Source: Syntrophales bacterium
GTDB taxonomy: Bacteria; Desulfobacterota; Syntrophia; Syntrophales; UBA2210
NCBI GenBank assembly: GCA_963662405.2
Contig: CAXXKT010000001.1
Coordinates: 1,504,001 to 1,568,000, forward strand
DNA length: 64,000 bases
Reading direction: 5' to 3'
Shown here: positions 1-9,679 of the stretch, piece by piece
How the letters are laid out: each line of letters begins with the position of its first letter
Position numbering within the stretch: the first letter of the stretch is position 1
Position numbers and translations under genes: made by a program
Notes under the pieces: model-generated
What the model saw: only the letters and a program-made list of their open reading frames with translations
The model's database searches: none
Told to the model about the DNA's origin: nothing

Positions 1-1284
1 AAAATCATCCGGTGTCTTGCTGTGGACGAGGATCCCGAAATTCGGTTCCAGCATCCGCGTGTGGATCATCCCTTCGACGAAGAGAAAGGACAGCTCGTTG
101 GTCGCATCACTCCCGTCTTCTTTGAGTCCCCCCACATCCATGTGAGACGCAAGCCCCGCCTGGGGGATGTACGGGGCGATCCCCTGGGTAAAGCGCATAA
201 GCCAGCAGTCCACCAGTTCCTGCGCCTCCTCACGGGTGATGAGGCCTTCCCGGATGTCTCTTTCGTAGTAGGGATACAGATACTGGTCGACCTTTCCGGG
301 AGAGATGGCATAAATGATCGGTGTCTCACACCAGTTCAGGATCTGGGTGAACCAGACCGATTGCAGGGCCTCATGGAATGTTCGGGCCGGATGGGCGGGA
401 ACGCGCTCGCAGATGGCGGCGATTTTCTTCAACTCCGCCTTTCTCCACGGTTCCTTTTCCCGGCGGACCGCCGCACGGGCCGCGTCCGCGAATTTCATGC
501 CCACCTTTGCCGCCGCGTCCATGGCGATTACCACCCCTTTGAGAAAGGGGACCTTGCGCAGATCTTCCGCGTCCGCCCAGTCGATCCGGGCCAGCCGGTC
601 TTCCGCGTCCTTCTTGACGCCGAGAAATCCCTTCTTCAGGATCTTTTCATAGCCGAAGGAACTGTGGCCGATATGGTGGCGGGTCATGCCGTCATTGATA
701 ATCCCGCGGCCCAGGCCGTCCGTTTCGCCCGGGACTTCCTTGACCGCGACACGGGGGAGAGCGGGCACCTTCGACCGTGTGATGATCCCGACCTTGTCCA
801 GATCAGGGTCGGGATCGCCGTAGAGGAGATCCCGCGTCTCCGGCGGAAGCATGGAGTAATTCCGATAGAACCAGTGGCGCCGCCAGTCGCCTTCGCCTTT
901 CCAGTAGGGGATGATCTCTTCCTTGACGGTCCTCCGGTCTTCATCGCTCATGTGTTTGTAATGGTCGATCTCGATCTCCAGCCGCGCCCCAAGCTGCTCG
1001 GCGCCGATACAAACGGCCGTCGGAGTTCCCGCAAACCAGCCGAAAAACGGTTCGTCCGGAAAGATCTCTGCGGGCATGGCCTCCACGGCCGCCGCGAATG
1101 CCTTCCCCCGGCGCAGGACCATCGGTTCCCCTTCCGTCGCCTTCATGGATCGGGCGATGGCCAGGTCGTACTCGATCCGGTATTCGGGGTCCGTCCGCTT
1201 GGAATTCTCGACGTAGTATTCACGGAGCCGTTTCATCCGCCCCGTCGGTTGGATCGTCATAACTGTTTCCAGGAGATCGGCCAT
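1..1284 (-). CDS. Glycyl-radical enzyme (PFL/GD superfamily), N-terminal part; runs off the window
   Basis: Not in the ORF track. Hand translation from ATG 1284 gives MADLLETVMTIQPTGRMKRLREYY...ARSMKATEGEPMVLRRGKAF...PGKVDQYLYPYYERDIREGLITREEAQELVDC...DATNELSFLF, which are typical GRE motifs. Confidence 0.9.
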   Translation of the reverse strand, partial: MADLLETVMTIQPTGRMKRLREYYVENSKRTDPEYRIEYDLAIARSMKATEGEPMVLRRGKAFAAAVEAMPAEIFPDEPFFGWFAGTPTAVCIGAEQLGARLEIEIDHYKHMSDEDRRTVKEEIIPYWKGEGDWRRHWFYRNYSMLPPETRDLLYGDPDPDLDKVGIITRSKVPALPRVAVKEVPGETDGLGRGIINDGMTRHHIGHSSFGYEKILKKGFLGVKKDAEDRLARIDWADAEDLRKVPFLKGVVIAMDAAAKVGMKFADAARAAVRREKEPWRKAELKKIAAICERVPAHPARTFHEALQSVWFTQILNWCETPIIYAISPGKVDQYLYPYYERDIREGLITREEAQELVDCWLMRFTQGIAPYIPQAGLASHMDVGGLKEDGSDATNELSFLFVEGMIHTRMLEPNFGILVHSKTPDDF

Positions 1285-1295
1285 TTGTAAATCTC

Positions 1296-1679
1296 CTATT
1301 CAGACAAGATATCTTTGAATGTGGCGGGGTCCGTCGCGTACAGGACGGCATGTTCCACGCCGTCTTCCCGGTTTTCGTGGACTTTTATGTAACCGGGGTC
1401 GTTGGCCATCGTCAAGAAGGCCTTCCGTGACGGATATTGAACAAGCATGAGGATGTCCCACTCCCCCGTTCCCTGAAGTATCTCCTTCGGTTTCCCGAAA
1501 TATATCACCTTGGCGCCGACTCCTTCGACATAGGGGCCCGATTCCTTGATATAGCGAAAATAGGCCTCGCGACCGCCCTCCTTTTTAAACTTCAAGAGGT
1601 TCAGCATGACAAAGGGCTCCTGGTTGGAATTATGGGCAAGCGCCTTGAATTGATCATCGTTGCTTTTCAAAGCCATCAT
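1296..1679 (-). CDS. DUF1330-family protein
   Basis: FVMLNLLKF...WDILMLVQYPSRKAFLTM motif; GGAG RBS. Confidence 0.75.
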   Translation of the reverse strand: MMALKSNDDQFKALAHNSNQEPFVMLNLLKFKKEGGREAYFRYIKESGPYVEGVGAKVIYFGKPKEILQGTGEWDILMLVQYPSRKAFLTMANDPGYIKVHENREDGVEHAVLYATDPATFKDILSE

Positions 1680-1820
1680 TTTTCTCCTTTAGTGTTTTTT
1701 GTAGACAGGGTGCACCTTCCAACCCGATAGAAAAGACCCACCCTGTTGGTGTAAGCAATGACGTATCCTCGTTTCCATGTATTGAACGTCGAGACAATAC
1801 AGTCCCTCATCACGGCACAT

Positions 1821-2339
1821 TTACTCTTCCAGGGTTGCACGGAGCCGGCAGCATCTGTCGCCTTTCGGGAGTAATTTCGACCAGCCGTCTGTTTTATATT
1901 TCGGATTCAAAGACGTCAGCATGCCTCTGTATGATTCCGCAACAAGGAGTTCGCAATAATCCGGCTCCAAGGATATGGGTTTTACAATCGGACAGGTTGT
2001 GATTTCTTTTTCAAAGGCCTTCGGTGTGTGCTCTATGTACCCATCCCAGAAATTGGCATAGCGATCGTCGACATGGTCTTGGATCGTGGCTAACGGCAAA
2101 CAGTCGGTACAATCTTCCCGCTTGATTCCGGTTTCGCGCAGCCACCTGTCCGTGGCTTTCTGGCCAATCTTAAAAAACTCCTGCTTCATACGCTCGACAA
2201 ATTTCTCTCCGCCGAACTCTTTGCCGACCTTGTACATGAGAACCACCTGCCAGGCGAGGGTGTCCGTCCAGTTCTTGTAACGCTGACACATCTCCACGTC
2301 GCTGACCGGGTACTTTTCATAATCGGGTGTTTCCTTCAC
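1821..2339 (-). CDS. ATC-hydrolase-like / V4R-fold small protein
   Basis: TTCPI...YC...LPKGDRCC cysteine pattern; in operon context. Confidence 0.55.
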   Translation of the reverse strand: MKETPDYEKYPVSDVEMCQRYKNWTDTLAWQVVLMYKVGKEFGGEKFVERMKQEFFKIGQKATDRWLRETGIKREDCTDCLPLATIQDHVDDRYANFWDGYIEHTPKAFEKEITTCPIVKPISLEPDYCELLVAESYRGMLTSLNPKYKTDGWSKLLPKGDRCCRLRATLEE

Positions 2340-2410
2340 GATATACTCCCCCTGAAAAACGGAATAAACTCATTTGAACAGAGCCGCGATAATCTCCCCT
2401 GGTTCCGACC

Positions 2411-3277
2411 CTACCGTGCCTTAAAAAAATTGTTCATGAACGTTGCGACCTCGCGGGGTTTTTCTTCCTGGATAAAGTGTCCCGCCTGGAGGGTCTCGAT
2501 CTGAATCGAGTCGAAACAGTCTTCGAGGTGATTCAGATTCTCTCTGACGATGACGATCTCTTCCTCGCCGTAGATGTACAGGGCCGGCATGTGAAACTTC
2601 TTCCCGGCAAGAGACTTCCAGTGCTTGGCGTCAAGGCGCGCGGAGCGATACAGGAAGGCTGCCGTGGCCGGCGTGTTCTCAATGCTGTAACAGCGGATAT
2701 ATTCTTCGATGGCATGGCGCGGGATGGTGCCGTCTTGACCCTTTTTGCCGAAGAAGTAGGAGACCCAGACATCTTCATTCCCCTTGATCATGGCCTCGGC
2801 GAGCCCCGGCTGTTGCTGAAAATACTGATACCAAAAAGGCAGATATCTCCTGGCGATCAGGGTCTGCATGGCCTCCTGTTCTCCCTTGGTGTTGGTGACG
2901 ACGGGGATGTTCATGAGGACCAGTTTCTTCACCCGGTTCGGGATGAGCAAAGTCAGTTCCTGCGCCACGATGCCGCCCCAGTCGTGGCCGACCAGAAAGA
3001 ACTCATCGATACCGAGGGCGTCGATGACCTCGATCATATCCTTGGCCAGTTCCAGTTTCTGATAGGCCTTCATGTCCATCGTGCGTTCGCTGTCGCCGAG
3101 ACCGCGCAGGTCCGGGGCGATGATCCGGAGAGACGGATCGAGAAATTCCGCCACGCCCTCCCAGCAGTAAGAACTCTCCGGCCATCCGTGCACCATGACT
3201 AAAGGGAATCCGCCCTCGTTTCCCCGATCTCGAACATTAAATACCCCCCGCGCGACAGTGATCTTACTTGTATTCAT
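2411..3277 (-). CDS. Alpha/beta hydrolase (epoxide hydrolase/dehalogenase-like)
   Basis: HGWP, GHDWG nucleophile and GHF motifs. Confidence 0.9.
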   Translation of the reverse strand: MNTSKITVARGVFNVRDRGNEGGFPLVMVHGWPESSYCWEGVAEFLDPSLRIIAPDLRGLGDSERTMDMKAYQKLELAKDMIEVIDALGIDEFFLVGHDWGGIVAQELTLLIPNRVKKLVLMNIPVVTNTKGEQEAMQTLIARRYLPFWYQYFQQQPGLAEAMIKGNEDVWVSYFFGKKGQDGTIPRHAIEEYIRCYSIENTPATAAFLYRSARLDAKHWKSLAGKKFHMPALYIYGEEEIVIVRENLNHLEDCFDSIQIETLQAGHFIQEEKPREVATFMNNFFKAR

Positions 3278-3349
3278 GTACTCGCTACTCCTTTCGTTTC
3301 ATATGTATGGATTATTTGAAAGTCAATCTTTTACCTATTCGTCTTCGCA

Positions 3350-4894
3350 CTACATTGTATATTCGGTCCTGGCAATAATGCCGTCCTGTAGAGGCTTGAG
3401 AAGCCGTGTGTAATAGGCGCTGTATCCTGCCACCTTGACCACGAGGTCTTGGTATTGAGCGGGATTCTTTTGGGCCGCCCGCAGTGTCTCCCCGCTGACC
3501 ATGTTGAACTGAACATGGAAAATCCCCTGATCCGCGAAGGAGCGGATAAAGTGAGTGAATCGCCTTATTCCGTCTTTCAACGTGAAGAAACTCGGGTCGA
3601 ACCTCAGATTCAGCGTTACCCCGCCTGTCAGCTCCGCGTTGTCGATCTTTCCCATGCTCGCCAGGACCGCCGCGGGCCCTTTTGTGTCGCACCCGGCAGA
3701 GGGCGACCATGCATCCGAGAGGGGTTGCCACGCTTTTCGTCCGGATGGCAGGGCCCCGACTACCCATCCCCCGAACATTTCGTACTGGAGGGGAGCGCCG
3801 AGAGGAATGGAAAATCCGCCTCTGGTATTCGGCTGTTTCCCCATCTCTTCAGCAAAGGCATGACTGACCCACGCTGCCTCTTCAGTCGTGAGATCGCCTG
3901 AATCAATGTCATTCCGGTAATATTGATAGAGGTATTGGTCGATTCTCCCGGGTGTCTGGGACATGCGGCGCGGCGATTCCCAGTAGAGGAGGACCTGCAG
4001 CAGGAAAATCGATTGCAGTGCCTCGTGCAAACTCCTCGCCGGTTCCACGGGGACGCGTTCGCAAATCTGCGCCATCTTGAGGAGCTCCGCTCTTCTCTTG
4101 TTGTCTTTCTCTGATGCGGCGATTTTCCTCGCCTCTGCCGCAAATCTCCCCCCCACTTCCCTGGCCGCCTCCAAGGCCAGCAGCACACTTTCTAAAAACC
4201 GTCTCTTCTTGGTGCTGCCTGGGGGCAGAGAACCAAGTTTCTCCTGTGCTTCCCGGGCTATCCCGCTGAGTCCCTTTTTCAATACCTTTTCGTAGTTGGC
4301 GGAATTATGCCCGTAGTGGCCTCCCTTGATAAACGGGGTGTAGATTAATGAGCGCTTTGAGGGGAACGCCGTGTCATCGATAAGGAGGAGTTCTTTTAAG
4401 CGGGCGGGAAGGACTTTCAGGTTGCTGCCGATCTGGGTCCGCGCCCAGTCGCCGTCCCCTCTCCAGTAGGGAGCGATTTCTTCTTTCAACTCTCTTTGTT
4501 CGTCGGGATCAAGGTCTTCGATGGCATAACTGACTTGTTCTTTAACCGGTGTCACTTTTTTGCCTGCCAGGAGAACCGGTATGTCGTCGGGGATGACGTC
4601 TTCGTAGAGAGGTCGTATGCCGGCATGGCCCACAATCAGTTCGTCCGGTAAAATCACTGGAGGCGTTTCCCGACACACGGCGGCGAAGACTTGTGCCCGG
4701 CGCATGACCATGGGCTCATCCTCGGTCTCCTTCATCACGCGCGTCTCAATCCGCAATCGGTTAATGGAAGCGGCATCATGGGTAAGTTTGAAATGGTGTT
4801 CCCGTAATCTCGCCACGCGTATTCGCATTGGTGTCGTTGAAACATCCGTCGAGATTGGACGCTGTATATCGACGTCGTCTTGAATCGTTTCCAT
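3350..4894 (-). pseudogene. Glycyl-radical enzyme with a large in-frame internal deletion (514 aa; no Cys loop)
   Basis: GRE N-terminal motifs and C-terminal VKVAGYS glycyl loop are present. The sequence jumps from LTTEEA directly to AWVSHAFAEEM, and no GCxE motif is present. Confidence 0.7.
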
Positions 4895-4954
4895 ACAACC
4901 TCCTTTCTATCCCAACGGCACCCTCCGGATCGTGTGATACCATAAAGGCACAAA

Positions 4955-5872
4955 TTACCCACCGATCTCTACAGTGATGCCGGCCGACCGGGCCACGTCC
5001 CGCAACGTCGCCATGTGCGCCTCCGTCGGTGCTTGAATGGATGCAACCGGGCATTCCCGTTCCAACTCATCGTAATGGTGAACGCCGTAAAGATGGTACG
5101 GCAGCAGTTCCATCCGGAGGATATTATTGCCAAGTTCACCGGCAAACTGTGCGCTCCTCCGAATATTTTCCTCGGAATCATTGAATCCGGGAACCACGGG
5201 AATACGCAGAATCACCTGATTGTGTCGGGCGATCTTCCGGATGTTGCCCAGAATCCCTCGATTGGACACCCCCGTCCACTCGGTGTGGAGTCTCTCATCC
5301 ATGTGTTTGAGATCGATATAAACGAGATCGAGCAAATCCGCCAGCGGCGCCAGTCGTTTCCAAGAGGTAAAGGCGCATGTTTCCATGGCCGTATGAAAAA
5401 AATGGGACCGGCACAGAGCCAGGAATTCGCCTACAAATTCCGCCTGCATGGTCGGTTCTCCACCGCCCACGGTCACCCCGCCCCCGCTGCGACGGTAGAA
5501 GGAAGCATCCTTTTCAACCTCCCGGAACAGTTCTTCCGGTGAGTAATGCCGGCCCGACAGCTCGCGGGCCTGGTTGACACAGGTATCGAGGCACTCGCCG
5601 CACCCGGTGCAGAGTGCCCGATCCGTTTGGACCGGTGAGGGGTCTGTCCCCCTCGATATGGCCGTGTGGGGGCAGACCTCAATGCACCGCCCGCACCCTT
5701 GGCACCTGCTGCTGATGTAGAGAAGTTCGGTATGAGTATTCTGGGTGTATGGAGAAGAGCACCAGAGACATCGCAAGGGACATCCCTTCGTGAGAATAAG
5801 TGTCCGGATACCTGGACCGTCGTGAAGGGAAAATCTTTCTATTTTATGAATCAGACCCCTCTGAACATGCAT
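4955..5872 (-). CDS. Glycyl-radical enzyme activating enzyme (radical SAM with ferredoxin insert)
   Basis: HDGPGIRT...GCPLRCLWC, two CxxCxxCxxxC motifs, GGEP. Start placed at ATG 5872, downstream of the sigma54 site and a GGAG RBS. Confidence 0.93.
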   Translation of the reverse strand: MHVQRGLIHKIERFSLHDGPGIRTLILTKGCPLRCLWCSSPYTQNTHTELLYISSRCQGCGRCIEVCPHTAISRGTDPSPVQTDRALCTGCGECLDTCVNQARELSGRHYSPEELFREVEKDASFYRRSGGGVTVGGGEPTMQAEFVGEFLALCRSHFFHTAMETCAFTSWKRLAPLADLLDLVYIDLKHMDERLHTEWTGVSNRGILGNIRKIARHNQVILRIPVVPGFNDSEENIRRSAQFAGELGNNILRMELLPYHLYGVHHYDELERECPVASIQAPTEAHMATLRDVARSAGITVEIGG

Positions 5873-5897
5873 GGCTTCATTCTCCAAAGATGATGGC

Positions 5898-5913
5898 AGC
5901 AATTTGTGTACCA
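5898..5913 (-). promoter_or_regulatory. sigma54 -24/-12 promoter for the activase-GRE operon
   Basis: Minus strand TGGTAC-ACAAA-TTGCT (GG-N10-GC). Confidence 0.75.
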
Positions 5914-6115
5914 ATCAAGAACAGGCGCCTGTAGCTTATGATCACAATATTGTAACTGCTTATCAAAGAACACCATGGACAGTGATGGTGACAGCGTATC
6001 ATTTTTGTTTCGATACGCGGCCATGTGAGTCAAAAGTGAGAATAAGGTCTGACGGGGGCACACAACAACCTTCCGGAAGCGGGTTGATTTCGTCGAACAG
6101 TCTGAGATAGGGCTG

Positions 6116-6149
6116 AAAAAAGCCGGGAGGTCATCCCCCCCGGCTTTTT
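6116..6149 (-). terminator. Intrinsic terminator
   Basis: AAAAAAGCCGGGAGG...CCCCCCGGCTTTTT hairpin with T tracts on both strands. Confidence 0.8.
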
Positions 6150-6161
6150 ATGGCGCCTATT

Positions 6162-7277
6162 TTAGGCAAGAATTCTCTTTGACATATTTGCCAGTGTCTC
6201 TTCCGCCTCTTTCATGATGGTCTGGACCAGGTCTTCGACCTTCGGCATGCTGGTGATGCGTTGGGCAATCTCGCCGCCGGCCATCATGGCCTTTTCCTTG
6301 TTTCCCTCGTATACGGCATCAATTGACTCGTCCTCGTAGTCAATCAGCGACCTGTCTTCCATGTCCATATAGCTGTCGGGTGTGCCGAGGAACACGCCGG
6401 GTGACTTTTTCAAGGTGTTGAGCGCGTGCTCTTCACTGCGGGCGTTTCTCAACCACCGGGCCGGACCGACATACCCGCGGGCAACCAGGGTGCCCCGATC
6501 CTGGGCGTCCACAACGGCCTGTTTCCAGAGAGGGGGAAAATCGCTCTCCTCCGTCGCGAGGAAACGGGTTCCCATCAGTGCCCCGTCACAACCCAGGGTC
6601 AGCGTAGCCGCCAGACTCCTCCCGTCACCGACTCCTCCTCCACCGACCACGAGGGTGTTTTCATCGGATACGGCATCGACCACGGCGGGGAACAGTACCA
6701 TGGAGTGGAGCGGTTCCCAGTGCGTATGGAAGCCCCCTTCATGACCCGAGGCGACGATGACGTCAACGCCCGCCTTCTTGCAGCGCTGGGCGGCCCTGAC
6801 GGAGGGGATGATATGGACCCAAACGAACCCGGCCCCCTTGATTATGTCTCCCCATCCCATGGGATCACCGGCGGAGGTATACATAACCTTGAGGGTATCT
6901 TTCATCTCGGGATTTTCTTCCCGCGCCTTAATGGCCGTCTCGATCATGATTTTCGAGTATTCTTTGAGTTCAGCGGATACCATCACGTTCGGGCCGAAGA
7001 CACCACCCTTGTCCTTGACCAGACGGTGGGTACGCTTCAGGACCGTATCCAGGACCGTGGCCATATCATCGTCACGGTTGGCCTCGCCGGTGTCGCAAAA
7101 TGCGTTATAAACCATGGGCTGAGTCTCTTTGTTGAAGAGACCGCTGGTGGAAAGCAGCCCGAGGCATCCTGCATTGGCTGCGGCAACACAGAGGTTGTTG
7201 TTGGAAAAGGGGCCCATCCCCGCCTGCATAATGGGATACTTGATCCCGATCAGGTCACACAATCTTGATTTGATCAT
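6162..7277 (-). CDS. Nitronate monooxygenase / FabK-like flavoprotein
   Basis: YPIMQAGMG, GHEGGFH, GGGVGDG, MGTRF motifs. Confidence 0.85.
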   Translation of the reverse strand: MIKSRLCDLIGIKYPIMQAGMGPFSNNNLCVAAANAGCLGLLSTSGLFNKETQPMVYNAFCDTGEANRDDDMATVLDTVLKRTHRLVKDKGGVFGPNVMVSAELKEYSKIMIETAIKAREENPEMKDTLKVMYTSAGDPMGWGDIIKGAGFVWVHIIPSVRAAQRCKKAGVDVIVASGHEGGFHTHWEPLHSMVLFPAVVDAVSDENTLVVGGGGVGDGRSLAATLTLGCDGALMGTRFLATEESDFPPLWKQAVVDAQDRGTLVARGYVGPARWLRNARSEEHALNTLKKSPGVFLGTPDSYMDMEDRSLIDYEDESIDAVYEGNKEKAMMAGGEIAQRITSMPKVEDLVQTIMKEAEETLANMSKRILA

Positions 7278-7304
7278 TACACATCTCCTTTTATTTTTTG
7301 TTTC

Positions 7305-9020
7305 CTATTCATTCATCTCATATTCGCCGTTGAGCGGCTTCACATATTGTGTCCAGACCCGGTTATACTGAGCGTCGTCTCCCTGTGGTTTGATCAGCAT
7401 TATTTCTTTGCAATAGGTGCGCTGTTCGTCTTTCGTGTTGTCCATGGCATATATCTGCAGGGCGAATCGGGAAAAATCACGCACCATAAAATCAAAGATC
7501 TGATTGATGATATCACTATCCATGTCACCCAATTCGCACTGCTCAAGAATCAGCTGACCGTAGACCACCACCGAAAACATCTCGCCCAATGGAAGCGAAA
7601 AGGACGAATCCATATCCTGGTTTTTGTCCGGGCCGGCCTTTTCCAGCAGTTCTTTAAAAATTTCAATTTGTTTCATAAAGATGCCGACGTTGGGAAGATG
7701 GGCAAACGCCTCGAAGATCGGCTTGTAATCGTGGAACTGCACGCTCCCCAGCCCCTTGGTCGGCCCCTGGTTGAAAACGAACAAATCATCTTTCGGGGAT
7801 AATTCGGGCAGGATCTTTTCATACGATTTCGGGCTGAAAAAATAATTTTTCATGAATTTACGGATCAACTGAACGTTCACATGAACCGTTCCCTCCAGTT
7901 TGGAAGGACCCCGGATTTCGCTGGTAGCGGTGAAGAAATAGGTGTCTTTTTCAAAACCTCTTGCGGCAATAACATCCCACAGCAAGGCCATCACTTCTTC
8001 GGACTGAAGGGTTACTTTCATCTTACTGGTCGGATTGTAAAGCATGTACCGCCGGTCGTCTGGCGAAGCGTTACGGAAATAATCCGTCGCTCGCCTTTGG
8101 TACAGCTTCATTCCTATCAGTCTCAGCCAGGCCTCCATGAAATTGCGGCGCACATGCGGCATCTCAGTCACAGGCTTCCCGTAAAGGATGCGATTGCTGG
8201 CATGGGTGATTGCTTCATAAAAGCTATGCTCATTCATGGCGATTGAGCAGGGGGCAATATTGAATTTGCCGATGTTGACGGTGTTAAGCGAGCAATCCCA
8301 GGCATGGGGTCCCCGGGAAAGAATATCCTCTTCGGCGATCGGATAATCATGCAGGGCAAAATTTGAGACGTACTGCTGATGGGAGATAACGTTCTTTTTC
8401 AGTTCATAGGCTTTATTCAGATAATTAGTCACGAAGAATACATAGTCGTCCGTGCCGTCCTTCACTTTGCCGAAGGTGGAAACCATCTCCGCTTCGTTGC
8501 CGTTGCCGATATAGTATTTCTCTCCGTTGGCCACCCAGGTGCCGTCGTCTTGAGGTGTTAATGTCGTCTCGGTCGAATAGATATCAGCACCATGGTCACG
8601 TTCGGAGAGGCCGAATGCGAAGATAGCGCCTTTCTTGAGCAACGCGGCGGCCTTCTCCTTGGCTGTTTCATTGGTGCTCATCCAGATCGGCCCCAGCCCC
8701 AGGATACTGACCTGAAAGCAGTACCAGTAGCCGGATCCGTAAAAGGCCAAAAGTTCGCTGTATTCGTTATTACGGGCCGTATCCCAGCGGCAGTCCGGAT
8801 CACCGCCACCGTAGCGGCTTGGAGTCAGGAGTTTGGCGAAAATCTGCTCACGGCCGACAAAATCAACGAAATTTTTGTACCAGACCTTCTTATGAAAATC
8901 ATCGGTGAGCTTGGTTTTCCCAAGGCCTTCAAAGAAGGCGATGGTTTTTCCCATGATATCTTTTGATCCCGCATCGGCCATGAGACTCTGATACTTGTTG
9001 GGCTGCAACAGATAATTCAT
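7305..9020 (-). CDS. Acyl-CoA dehydrogenase (long, about 570 aa type)
   Basis: AFGLSERDHGAD, GEKYYIGNG, KLEGT motifs. Confidence 0.88.
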   Translation of the reverse strand: MNYLLQPNKYQSLMADAGSKDIMGKTIAFFEGLGKTKLTDDFHKKVWYKNFVDFVGREQIFAKLLTPSRYGGGDPDCRWDTARNNEYSELLAFYGSGYWYCFQVSILGLGPIWMSTNETAKEKAAALLKKGAIFAFGLSERDHGADIYSTETTLTPQDDGTWVANGEKYYIGNGNEAEMVSTFGKVKDGTDDYVFFVTNYLNKAYELKKNVISHQQYVSNFALHDYPIAEEDILSRGPHAWDCSLNTVNIGKFNIAPCSIAMNEHSFYEAITHASNRILYGKPVTEMPHVRRNFMEAWLRLIGMKLYQRRATDYFRNASPDDRRYMLYNPTSKMKVTLQSEEVMALLWDVIAARGFEKDTYFFTATSEIRGPSKLEGTVHVNVQLIRKFMKNYFFSPKSYEKILPELSPKDDLFVFNQGPTKGLGSVQFHDYKPIFEAFAHLPNVGIFMKQIEIFKELLEKAGPDKNQDMDSSFSLPLGEMFSVVVYGQLILEQCELGDMDSDIINQIFDFMVRDFSRFALQIYAMDNTKDEQRTYCKEIMLIKPQGDDAQYNRVWTQYVKPLNGEYEMNE

Positions 9021-9506
9021 TTGTTCCTACCTCCATCCTCCATTAGTGTAAGTATATTCAAGCTTTCAGCGAATACTATCCACTCCATAGATAATCGGAT
9101 CAGAGACGGGCAGTTTATCGGACGGGAACCAGTTCATGTAAACTGGTTTATGGGATTTGCACATCTTTCTGTGTTGTTTACATTTCAGATATGTTACCGA
9201 AACATCAGCACAAAAATCCTTACAGTCGCCACGTTATCTATTGCCTGCTGCTTCTCACCCCTCTTCGCTGTCTGTTGCGCGCCCAGTGGGCAAGCCTCCT
9301 TGCGTATAATCTTTAAAGCCACATGTACATCGGATCACCGGAGATACCAAAGCGATTCGAAGCAGGAAAATTCCGGAATAATTAAAGAAAAGCCCTGATC
9401 CCGAGAGTAATGCCACTCCCCACACATTGCACGGACCATGAAGCATGATGTAACTGAGGAACTCGTATCATCCCCCCGCTTCCCCCTCATTCACAAGAGA
9501 GATACC

Positions 9507-9522
9507 TGCACGTATTATACCA
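9507..9522 (-). promoter_or_regulatory. sigma54 promoter candidate
   Basis: Minus strand TGGTAT-AATAC-GTGCA (GG-N10-GC). Confidence 0.55.
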
Positions 9523-9610
9523 ATTATCATTACGATATCATGGTTTTTTATCCCTTTATTTTTTTTGAGTTATCAACTTTTCCTCTTGTGCGGTTGTTAT
9601 AAATGGAGTA

Positions 9611-9651
9611 TCACGTTTGTCTCATTATCTGTTCGCATGAGACAAACGTGA
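9611..9651. promoter_or_regulatory. Perfect inverted repeat; likely enhancer (UAS) for the adjacent bEBP
   Basis: TCACGTTTGTCTCAT-N11-ATGAGACAAACGTGA. Confidence 0.6.
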
Positions 9652-9679
9652 GAACTCTTTGAGACGGGGGCGTGACACG

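Noticed and set aside
22..1290. 422-aa plus-strand ORF
   Set aside because: Antisense shadow of the minus-strand GRE; no recognisable motifs.
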